From: Methanomassiliicoccales archaeon
GTDB taxonomy: Archaea; Thermoplasmatota; Thermoplasmata; RBG-16-68-12; SOIM01
Assembly (NCBI GenBank): GCA_030593295.1
Contig: JAUVHO010000002.1
Span: 76,010-100,009 of the forward strand
Length of the DNA stretch: 24,000 nucleotides
Reading direction: 5' to 3'
A model generated the notes under the pieces. It ran no database searches, had not been told where the DNA came from, and saw only the letters and a program-made list of their open reading frames with translations. The translations under genes were made by a program, and so were the position numbers. Positions 7,106-14,372 of this stretch are shown here, piece after piece (position 1 is the first letter of the stretch; every line of letters begins with the position of its first letter).

Positions 7106-10100
7106 TTAGAGGGTGGCACCGCAGAGGAAGCACTCCGAAGCGTCACCGGGGACCACTGTTCCGCATGAGGGACATTCCTTGGTCTCGCCGGCTGGTGCTT
7201 CTTCGGCTGGCGCAGCCTCTTCCGCCGCTGGTGCGGCCGCTGCTGCGGGTGCCGCTTCTGGCGCTGGCTCTGGTTCGGCTGGAGCCGCTTCCTCTTCGAC
7301 TTCGGGCTCCTCCTCGACGACCTCTTCCTCTTCCACCAGCTCCTCCTCGGGCTCCTCTTCCTCGTACTCTTCTTCCTCTTCCTCAACTGGAGCTTCCTCT
7401 TCGGGTTTCTTTCTCTTTGCGAGGGCGATTATGGCTATTATCGCCACCACGATGATGATGAGGATGATCCACCAATACTGGGTGAGGAAGTCCACCTCTT
7501 CAACTGCTTCGATTTCGATTGAGGCTGTTATCGTTGCGCTATTTCCAGCTGTATCGGTCAGAGTGCATGACACTGTGTACGTGTCACCGTCATCGTACGA
7601 GTGCGTCGGTGTTGCGCCGACTCCAACTTCAGCGTCTCCAAAGTTCCAGGAATAGGATGCGATGTCGGAGCTTCCACCGTCAATGCGGAAGGAAATCGTC
7701 TCGCCTTCCTTCTCATCGCCAGTCCATGCGATCGTGCCTGTCGGGTCACTGCAGTCTATATTGAACCCGTCCGATGTGTCGTTAGCGGAGAGACTTGACG
7801 CGTCAGTGACTTTGACGAAGATCGTGACGCCTACAGCATCTGCACCTGCTCCTGCAGGACATGCCACGGTCCATGAGTAGTTCACCGCGCCGGAGAGTCC
7901 AGTTGCGATGACGGTCGAATCACTGTTGTAGATGTACGAAACATCCACTGTGAGATTCTCAGCACCGTTGTTGTCATCCATTGTCCAGGTTATGAGCTCG
8001 GTGGCTCCTCCTGCCCAGAGGGTGGTTGCAGTCGGGACTGTCACTGTTACTGTTGGTGGTAGGTCAACGAGTATGGTCGTGAAGCTGAACACGTGGTCAG
8101 CTCCCAGAGTGTTGCCTGAATCAGAGATGTCCCTAGCTGTAGCGGCTACTGTCGCAGTGTACTCCATGGCTCCCTGCAGATTGCTGTCAGGAGTGAACGT
8201 GTAAACCGTATTTCCAACGGTCCAGGCCTCGGAACCAGTGACACCTGTTCCAGAAACTGTCTCTTCCAGTGTGAGGACAACCGAAGCAGGAACCATCTCC
8301 TCGCTGAACGTCACGACCACTGTGGTGTCGATAATAACATCGATCTGCGCATCCAGTGGGTTGGTCGATTGCACCGTAGGATCTGTTGAGTCGATTATGA
8401 ACAATCCGCTTGAGTCAATGTCACTAGCTCCGTCGTCCATGTCTTGGACCTCGATATCGACCGTACAGTCGAAATCGTCAACCAATGGCACCGTCCAGCT
8501 GTATGGCGAAGTCAAATCAGTTCCACTGACTATTGGTCCGCTGTTCGCATTGCATGTGTAGTTGATGAAGAACCACACGGCTCCCGCTCCAGCATGGGTC
8601 ATGGTGAATTCGACATCATGAAGGGAATCTCCGCTCCAGATCTCTCCTCCCACCGGAACATCCACGGTGATTGTTGGAACGGTCACCAAATATGTGGTGA
8701 AGCAGAAGCTGTACACAGCTACCATTGAATTGCCTGTGACCGAGTCATCAGAGCCGAACACGTATACGCAGTAGACCGTATCTTCCAGGAAATCATTGTG
8801 GTCAATCTGCAATGTATCCAGTGTTGGATTGGTTACCACAACACCGCCTGGATCTGGGTCGATCGTCGCGTTGGTGATGCCCATGTCCTCGCTGAAGGTG
8901 GCAGTGATCACTTTGTTTATTGGTATGTCGATTGCCATGTCCAATGGGTCGGTTGAAAGGACGATCGGTACTTCGCAATCTATTGTGAACACCTGTGACA
9001 ACACATCTACATCCTTTCCATTGGGGTTTATTGCAGCGGCATTCAGCAAAGCAAGGTCTGTGTATGGCACGTCGCAGGGCACAGCCCACTCCAAGACCAT
9101 GGGAGTCACTGCATCACCAAAACCTGGGAACGGATGTGTGGGTATACCTGTTAGTGCCGCCTCGGACCATGTGCCACCATTGTTGGTGGAGTAGTTTATC
9201 CAGAAATCCAACTGGCTGTTCAGAGCATTGTCATCATAGGCCGTTATCTGTATTGTATGGTTCATTCCACCTGTCCAGTCCTCTCCACCGGCGGGTATGT
9301 CCCAAGCCAACACCGGTGCACCAATGACCGGTCTCGGCCAAGGTGTGTCTGTCACAAAGTCGACAGCGTTGTCGTTGGTATCGTCAGCAAAGATTATTCC
9401 CGTACCAGTTCTGTGGATCGCAAAGCCAGTTGCCGGAGCTGTTGCATCCGTAGCGATTGTGTTGTCCGGCTCTGTGAAGTGGCATCCGCCAACGGTGGCG
9501 TTCCACTCTACCCTGTCGACCACGATGTCCCTTCCGCCGAACGCAGGTCCAGTATTGGTCCAGACGAGCTTGAGCTCATCCCCGCATCCGTTCAGGTCTA
9601 TCGCAGTGAGATTCGCATAGAAGTACGCAGTTGTGTTCGAGATACCAGTCAATGTCTGGACTGGTCCGTTAAGGACACCATCGTTCTTCTGCAGGTAGTA
9701 TCCGTCCATGAGGAATGCTGGGTCCTCGGTGTATATGAAAACGTAGTCCGGATGACCATCAGTCGGCTCGGGAATTATCTGGCTGATCTTGGGGAAGTGT
9801 GTCGGCTGTACTATGGCCAGGTTTATGTCCAATAGGGTGACCACGGTCGTGTTCCAAAGCTCGGACTCCACGAACACACCGGAATTCAACACGGTATCTC
9901 CGTCAGGATCGGTCTTGAGGTTCGTCATGTCGCCCCAGACGTACATGACGGGCTCATCCAAGTCTCCACCCTCTTTCACCCAAGGTGAGTTCGGATCGCC
10001 GGGAGCGGTGACCCAGTTGCCTGCCGTGTCCACGTCAAACCAGACCTCGGCCGCTGCCATGAAGGTGTCGTTCCTGCCGTATTCCACACCGTCGATCCAT

Positions 10101-10270
10101 GACGTGATCAGCTCGCCGACTGGCATCTGAACGCTAGTCTCGTCATACGGGTGACCCCACAAATTGTGTGGAACGGGTATCGCCGCTTTCACTATTCCAA
10201 TCATAGGGATGGCGCCGGTTAGAAGCATGACGGCCACTATAGCGCTAGCCCAAGCAAATATCTTTTTCAT
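7106..10270 (-). CDS. Large type-I surface protein: signal peptide, lamin-tail-like domain, alternating Ig-like modules, PKD, TM, polyacidic tail, C-terminal zinc ribbon
   Basis: The N-terminus has MKK plus a hydrophobic region. Residues ~160-310 fit the LTD pattern (ISQIIPEP..DYVFIYTED..DGYYL..GDELKLVW..DRVEWN..DDTNDNAVDF..TP). The PKD signature is YSWNFGDA..HSYDDGDTYTVSCTLTDTAGNS (7481-7747). The TM QYWWIILIIIVVAIIAIIAL (7421-7480) is followed by KRKK. There are many N-x-S/T sequons. GGAGGAGG lies 6 nt upstream of the ATG at 10268-10270. Confidence 0.85.
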   Translation of the reverse strand: MKKIFAWASAIVAVMLLTGAIPMIGIVKAAIPVPHNLWGHPYDETSVQMPVGELITSWIDGVEYGRNDTFMAAAEVWFDVDTAGNWVTAPGDPNSPWVKEGGDLDEPVMYVWGDMTNLKTDPDGDTVLNSGVFVESELWNTTVVTLLDINLAIVQPTHFPKISQIIPEPTDGHPDYVFIYTEDPAFLMDGYYLQKNDGVLNGPVQTLTGISNTTAYFYANLTAIDLNGCGDELKLVWTNTGPAFGGRDIVVDRVEWNATVGGCHFTEPDNTIATDATAPATGFAIHRTGTGIIFADDTNDNAVDFVTDTPWPRPVIGAPVLAWDIPAGGEDWTGGMNHTIQITAYDDNALNSQLDFWINYSTNNGGTWSEAALTGIPTHPFPGFGDAVTPMVLEWAVPCDVPYTDLALLNAAAINPNGKDVDVLSQVFTIDCEVPIVLSTDPLDMAIDIPINKVITATFSEDMGITNATIDPDPGGVVVTNPTLDTLQIDHNDFLEDTVYCVYVFGSDDSVTGNSMVAVYSFCFTTYLVTVPTITVDVPVGGEIWSGDSLHDVEFTMTHAGAGAVWFFINYTCNANSGPIVSGTDLTSPYSWTVPLVDDFDCTVDIEVQDMDDGASDIDSSGLFIIDSTDPTVQSTNPLDAQIDVIIDTTVVVTFSEEMVPASVVLTLEETVSGTGVTGSEAWTVGNTVYTFTPDSNLQGAMEYTATVAATARDISDSGNTLGADHVFSFTTILVDLPPTVTVTVPTATTLWAGGATELITWTMDDNNGAENLTVDVSYIYNSDSTVIATGLSGAVNYSWTVACPAGAGADAVGVTIFVKVTDASSLSANDTSDGFNIDCSDPTGTIAWTGDEKEGETISFRIDGGSSDIASYSWNFGDAEVGVGATPTHSYDDGDTYTVSCTLTDTAGNSATITASIEIEAVEEVDFLTQYWWIILIIIVVAIIAIIALAKRKKPEEEAPVEEEEEEYEEEEPEEELVEEEEVVEEEPEVEEEAAPAEPEPAPEAAPAAAAAPAAEEAAPAEEAPAGETKECPSCGTVVPGDASECFLCGATL
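7178..7420 (-). repeat. Coding low-complexity tract (Glu/Pro/Ala-rich tail)
   Basis: The plus strand shows (CTC/TTC)n and (GCN)n runs. These encode ~81 aa: KRKKPEEEAPVEEEEEEYEEEEPEEELVEEEEVVEEEPEVEEEAAPAEPEPAPEAAPAAAAAPAAEEAAPAEEAPAGETK. The tract generates long artefactual ORFs in the other frames. Confidence 0.9.
7748..9334 (-). repeat. Alternating protein-level modules X1-Y1-X2-Y2-X3 in the surface protein
   Basis: The X modules (~97-118 aa) share P..GGE.W.GG..H.I.. (AGGEDWTGGMNHTIQI, VGGEIWSGDSLHDVEF, TLWAGGATELITW). The Y modules (~99-109 aa) share the SbsA/Big_5-like pattern P.V.ST(D/N)PLD..ID.......TFSE(D/E)M....FTT. The DNA copies are diverged. Confidence 0.6.
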
Positions 10271-10429
10271 CCACGTCCTCCTCCTTCAGGTCGAACGACT
10301 TTCGGGGTGAGTAAGAAGTATCCATATATATACCTTTTTCATTTATTAGGAGCCACTCAGTATAAGATTATAGTAGTTCAATAATCGAATAGCCTTATAT
10401 ATGAACATGCCTTTTTTTCGCCGAGGTTC
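10271..10429. promoter_or_regulatory. Divergent promoter region (surface protein leftward, hut block rightward)
   Basis: CCATATATATACC (10322-10334) serves as the minus-strand TATA, giving a ~30-nt leader with GGAGGAGG. TTATATAT (10395-10402) is centred ~31 nt before the ATG at 10430. A central near-palindrome TATAAGATTATA lies at 10361-10372. Confidence 0.55.
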
Positions 10430-11329
10430 ATGACACGGATCGTCGAGTGCGTCCCCAATTTCAGTGAAGGTCGGAGGAAGGATGTCGTTGATGCGATAGC
10501 CGACACGGCCAGAGCCGTCGATGGTGTCCGAGTTCTCGATGTGGAGATGGACGCCACCCATAACAGGGCGGTGATCACATTCGTCGGAGAGCCCGAGAAG
10601 GTGAAGGTCGCCGCTTTCGCTTGCGCTGCCAAGGCCGTGGAGTTGATTGACCTGAACCAACATGAGGGGGAACATCCCAGGGTGGGTGCGGTGGACGTCA
10701 TCCCGTTCGTACCGATCAGCGAGGTCACCATGAGCGACTGTGTTCAACTTGCCAGGTCATTGGGGGAGGAGATCTCGGCTCAACTGAACGTTCCCGTCTA
10801 TCTGTACGAAGCGGCTGCCACAAGACCCGAAAGACGGAACCTGGCCAAGGTCAGAAAGGGGCAGTTCGAAGGTCTGAGGGAAGAGATAAGGACGAACCCG
10901 GAGAGGGCTCCGGATTTCGGTCCATCCGAGCTGCATCCCACCGCGGGTGCGGTCGTCATCGGGGCACGGGAACCGCTGATCGCTTACAACATCAACCTCG
11001 GAACCGGGGATCTGAGTATTGCCAAGGCGATAGCCAAGGCGGTGAGGGAGAAGGACGGCGGTCTGAAGAATGTCAAGGCCCTTGGGTTCGAGACGGATCG
11101 GGAGAATGTCGTCCAGGTTTCCATGAACCTGGTGAACTTCAGGGAGACACCGGTTCACGTTGTATTTGATGCTGTCAGGTCGCATGCAGAAGAATACGGG
11201 GTTCCGATCATGGGCTCGGAGGTCGTGGGTCTGATCCCGGAGGATGCGCTTGTGGATTCTGCCGAACATTATCTCAAGATCGAGGATTTCTCAAGAAGTC
11301 AGATACTGGAGTACAAACTGAGGGAATGA
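10430..11329 (+). CDS. ftcD: Glutamate formimidoyltransferase (FTCD N-terminal-type)
   Basis: The product carries ECVPNFSEGR, THNR, EGEHPRVGAVDVIPFVP and the typical two-subdomain length (299 aa). The start is ATG and the stop is TGA. Confidence 0.92.
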   Translation: MTRIVECVPNFSEGRRKDVVDAIADTARAVDGVRVLDVEMDATHNRAVITFVGEPEKVKVAAFACAAKAVELIDLNQHEGEHPRVGAVDVIPFVPISEVTMSDCVQLARSLGEEISAQLNVPVYLYEAAATRPERRNLAKVRKGQFEGLREEIRTNPERAPDFGPSELHPTAGAVVIGAREPLIAYNINLGTGDLSIAKAIAKAVREKDGGLKNVKALGFETDRENVVQVSMNLVNFRETPVHVVFDAVRSHAEEYGVPIMGSEVVGLIPEDALVDSAEHYLKIEDFSRSQILEYKLRE

Positions 11330-11330
11330 T

Positions 11331-11954
11331 ATGCTGGTTGATGAGAAGGTCAGGGATTTCATCAGGTCGGTCGCTTCAAGCTCGCCAACACCCGGGGGCG
11401 GCAGTGTCGCTGCTCTTTGCGGTGCATTGAGCGGTTCGTTGACAGCCATGGTCTGCAATCTCACCATCGGCAGGGACAAGTACGATGATGTCAGGCCGGA
11501 GATGGAGAGGGCCCTGGAAGACTCATCGAAGCTGGTGGAAAGGCTCACCGAACTCGTGGACGAGGATGCGCAGGCGTACGCCAGCGTCGTGACCGCATTG
11601 CGTCTCCCCAAAGGGACCGATGAAGAGAAAGGGAAGAGGTTGGAGGCGATGCAGAACGGACTGAGAAGGGCGATAGCCGTTCCGGTGGAGGTAATGGAAC
11701 TCTCTCTTGAGGCCATAAGACTCGCCTATCTGGTCGTCCGAAAGGGGAATGAGGGGGCCTTGTCCGATTCAGGGTCCGGGGCCATGCTGGCATTCGCCGC
11801 TCTTCACGCCGCGTCCATGAACGTCAAGATCAATCTCAATCAGATACAGGACCAGGAGTTCAAGGACGAGGTCGCCGAGAAGCTGGGGGAGATGGAAGAG
11901 GAGGCCGAGCTCCTTCGCTCCGAAGTGCTGACCGAAGTGAACTTGAAGATGTGA
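11331..11954 (+). CDS. Formimidoyl-tetrahydrofolate cyclodeaminase (FTCD C-terminal-type)
   Basis: The product carries FIRSVASSSPTPGGGSVAALCGALSGSLTAMVCNLTIGRDKY, the hallmark of the cyclodeaminase domain. Its ATG lies 1 nt after the upstream TGA, suggesting translational coupling. Confidence 0.9.
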   Translation: MLVDEKVRDFIRSVASSSPTPGGGSVAALCGALSGSLTAMVCNLTIGRDKYDDVRPEMERALEDSSKLVERLTELVDEDAQAYASVVTALRLPKGTDEEKGKRLEAMQNGLRRAIAVPVEVMELSLEAIRLAYLVVRKGNEGALSDSGSGAMLAFAALHAASMNVKINLNQIQDQEFKDEVAEKLGEMEEEAELLRSEVLTEVNLKM

Positions 11955-12001
11955 TTCCAAAAGAATTAATTCTGTCGGCCTTATTCTGATTGTGGTATTG
12001 T

Positions 12002-13642
12002 ATGAGGAAGATAACGGCAAACAGAGGGTCCAAGATAGAGTGCAAGGGGTGGAGGCAGGAGGCCCTTCTGAGGATGCTCCAGAACAATCTTGAGAACGCT
12101 GAGATCCCTGAGGAGTTGATAATCTACGGCGGGACCGGAAAGGCTGCCAGGAACTGGGATGCCTTTGATGCGATCGTCGAATCGCTCAAGGAACTGGAAG
12201 ATGATGAGACCCTTTTGGTGCAGTCCGGGAAACCTGTGGGCGTGTTCAAGACCAGTGAAGGGTCCCCGCGGGTGCTCATAGCCAATGCCAACCTGGTACC
12301 GAGATGGTCAACCTGGGAGAAGTTCTACGAGCTGGAGGACCTGGGATTGATGATGTACGGTCAGATGACCGCTGGAAGTTGGTGTTACATCGGAACTCAG
12401 GGCATAATCCAGGGTACGTACGAGACCTTCGCCGAGTGCTCCCGACAGAACTTCGGCGGGTCGCTGAAGGGCAGGATGGTCCTCACCGGCGGTCTTGGAG
12501 GAATGGGCGGAGCGCAACCCCTGGCCATCAAGATGAACCAAGGCGTTTCGGTGACGGTGGAGGTGGACGAACGCAGGGCCAGACGAAGGCAGGAGGCCGG
12601 TTTCTGCGACGAGATCGTGACCGACATCGATGAAGCTGTGGAGATAGCAAACAACTCAAAGGAGGACGGTCCCAGGTCCGTCGGGCTCATCGCCAATTGC
12701 GCCGAGACACATCCGGAGCTCCTCGAAGGATCGTTCTCTCCTGACGCGGTCACGGACCAGACATCCGCTCACGACGCCCTCAAGGGCTACATCCCGGCTG
12801 GGATGACCTTAAAGGAGGCCGAGGACCTCAGGGAGAGCGACCCGCAGGCCTATCTCAAAGAATCCTACGATTCCATGGCAATTCACGTCAAAGCGATGCT
12901 GGGCTTTCAGAAGGCTGGCAGTGTAGTGTTTGATTATGGCAATAACATCAGGGGTCAGGCGTACCAGGCGGGCGTGGAGAACGCGTTCGACTTCGATGGC
13001 TTTGTGCCGCTCTACATCAGGCCCATGTTCTGCGAGGGCAGGGGTCCCTTCAGGTGGATAGCGCTTTCTGGTGATGAGAACGACATACTGGAAACCGACA
13101 AGGTGGTCATGAGGGAGTTCCCGGACAATGGGCAGTTGGTCAGGTGGATACAGCTGGCCGAGGAGAATCTTCCATGGGAAGGACTTCCCGCAAGGGTGTG
13201 CTGGCTTGGCTATGGTGAGAGGGCGAAGTTCGGCAAGATAATCAACAAGATGGTGGGAGAAGGTGCGCTGAGTGGTCCCATAGCGATCACACGTGATCAC
13301 CTTGACACCGGCTCGGTCGCATCCCCAAATAGGGAAACTGAGAAGATGAAGGATGGCAGTGACGCCGTCGCTGACTGGCCGCTTCTCAACGCTCTGCTGA
13401 ATGCATCCGCAGGTGCCGACCTTGTCGCCATCCATAACGGGGGCGGTGTCGGGATAGGATACTCCACTCACGCTGGGATGATAGTTGTGGCTGATGGCTC
13501 CAAAGAGGCTGAGAAGAAGATGGAGCGAGTCCTGACGGTCGATCCGGGTGTGGGTGTGGTCAGGCATGCTGACGCGGGGTATGAGGCGGCGATCCGCTTC
13601 GCTGCAGAACACGGCGTCAAGATACCAATGATGAGGCGTTGA
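12002..13642 (+). CDS. hutU: Urocanate hydratase
   Basis: The product carries [68 protein letters not shown] and [13 protein letters not shown]. The ORF-track start at 11990 is a TTG adding MWYC. The ATG at 12002 gives the canonical N-terminus. Confidence 0.95.
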   Translation: MRKITANRGSKIECKGWRQEALLRMLQNNLENAEIPEELIIYGGTGKAARNWDAFDAIVESLKELEDDETLLVQSGKPVGVFKTSEGSPRVLIANANLVPRWSTWEKFYELEDLGLMMYGQMTAGSWCYIGTQGIIQGTYETFAECSRQNFGGSLKGRMVLTGGLGGMGGAQPLAIKMNQGVSVTVEVDERRARRRQEAGFCDEIVTDIDEAVEIANNSKEDGPRSVGLIANCAETHPELLEGSFSPDAVTDQTSAHDALKGYIPAGMTLKEAEDLRESDPQAYLKESYDSMAIHVKAMLGFQKAGSVVFDYGNNIRGQAYQAGVENAFDFDGFVPLYIRPMFCEGRGPFRWIALSGDENDILETDKVVMREFPDNGQLVRWIQLAEENLPWEGLPARVCWLGYGERAKFGKIINKMVGEGALSGPIAITRDHLDTGSVASPNRETEKMKDGSDAVADWPLLNALLNASAGADLVAIHNGGGVGIGYSTHAGMIVVADGSKEAEKKMERVLTVDPGVGVVRHADAGYEAAIRFAAEHGVKIPMMRR

Positions 13643-14356
13643 ATGTACGAGTTCAAGTCCAAGAACTGGCTGGAGAAGGACGGCAAGGTCATCATCGGCG
13701 AAGGTAGAGCAACTTTACTGAAGTTCATACTCGAGTTCGAATCACTTACCAAGGCGGCTGAGAAGATGGGGATGTCGTATCGCCACGCTTGGGGGATCGT
13801 TCAGGAGATCAATGAGGCGCTGGGTAAGGAGATCATACACTCGGAGAGAGGGGGCGTCGATGGAGGAAAGACCCAACTTACCGATGAGGGAAAGAGGCTC
13901 CTGGAGGATTTTGACAAGATGAATGGAACCGTGCAGACCCTTTCTTCACTTGGAATGAGAACACCCTTGGTCGCGGCCGATGGGCTCATAGTGATTGACG
14001 ATGAACTGGTTCTGATCAGGAGGAAGTTCTACCCCTTCGAGGGAAAGCTGGCGCTCCCCGGGGGCATGGTGGAGTACGACGAGAGGGTGGAGGACGCCGT
14101 TCGCAGGGAGATGAAGGAAGAGACAGGGCTTGACGTTGAGATAGTCAAGTTGCTGGGAGTGTACTCAGAACCTGGGCGTGATCCAAGGGGGCATGTGATT
14201 TCAGCGGCCTATGTCCTTAAGCGAGTGGGCGGAGAACTGAGATCGGGCGATGATGCGAAGGCGATAGAACTTGTCGGTATCGATGAGATACCTGATCTGG
14301 CCTTCGACCACAATGAGATAATCGAGGATTTCTTGAAGTACAGAGAACAGGGCTAG
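13643..14356 (+). CDS. ModE-type winged-HTH (N-terminal) fused to an ADP-ribose-pyrophosphatase-like Nudix hydrolase domain
   Basis: Residues ~15-95 (IIGEGRATLLKFILEFESLTKAAEKMGMSYRHAWGIVQEINEALGKEIIHSERGGVDGGKTQLTDEGKRLL) fit the ModE N-terminal DNA-binding domain pattern. Residues 140-163 (GMVEYDERVEDAVRREMKEETGL) are a perfect Nudix box, G-x5-E-x7-REUxEExGU (14060-14131). GRDPRGH and LAFDHNEII resemble the ADPRase/NrtR-type Nudix subfamily. The ATG abuts the hutU stop (TGAATG). Confidence 0.85.
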   Translation: MYEFKSKNWLEKDGKVIIGEGRATLLKFILEFESLTKAAEKMGMSYRHAWGIVQEINEALGKEIIHSERGGVDGGKTQLTDEGKRLLEDFDKMNGTVQTLSSLGMRTPLVAADGLIVIDDELVLIRRKFYPFEGKLALPGGMVEYDERVEDAVRREMKEETGLDVEIVKLLGVYSEPGRDPRGHVISAAYVLKRVGGELRSGDDAKAIELVGIDEIPDLAFDHNEIIEDFLKYREQG

Positions 14357-14372
14357 GAAGACCGTCCTTATA

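Noticed and set aside
7036-7655. An ultra-basic 116-aa ORF (7036-7386, minus) and Ala/Ser/Gly-rich ORFs (7113-7655 and 7165-7455, plus).
   Set aside because: These are alternative-frame and antisense readings of the GAG/GAA/GCN low-complexity tract that encodes the acidic tail of the 1054-aa protein. Poly-Glu read in another frame gives poly-Lys/Arg, and the antisense strand gives Ser/Leu/Pro. There is no independent evidence for them.
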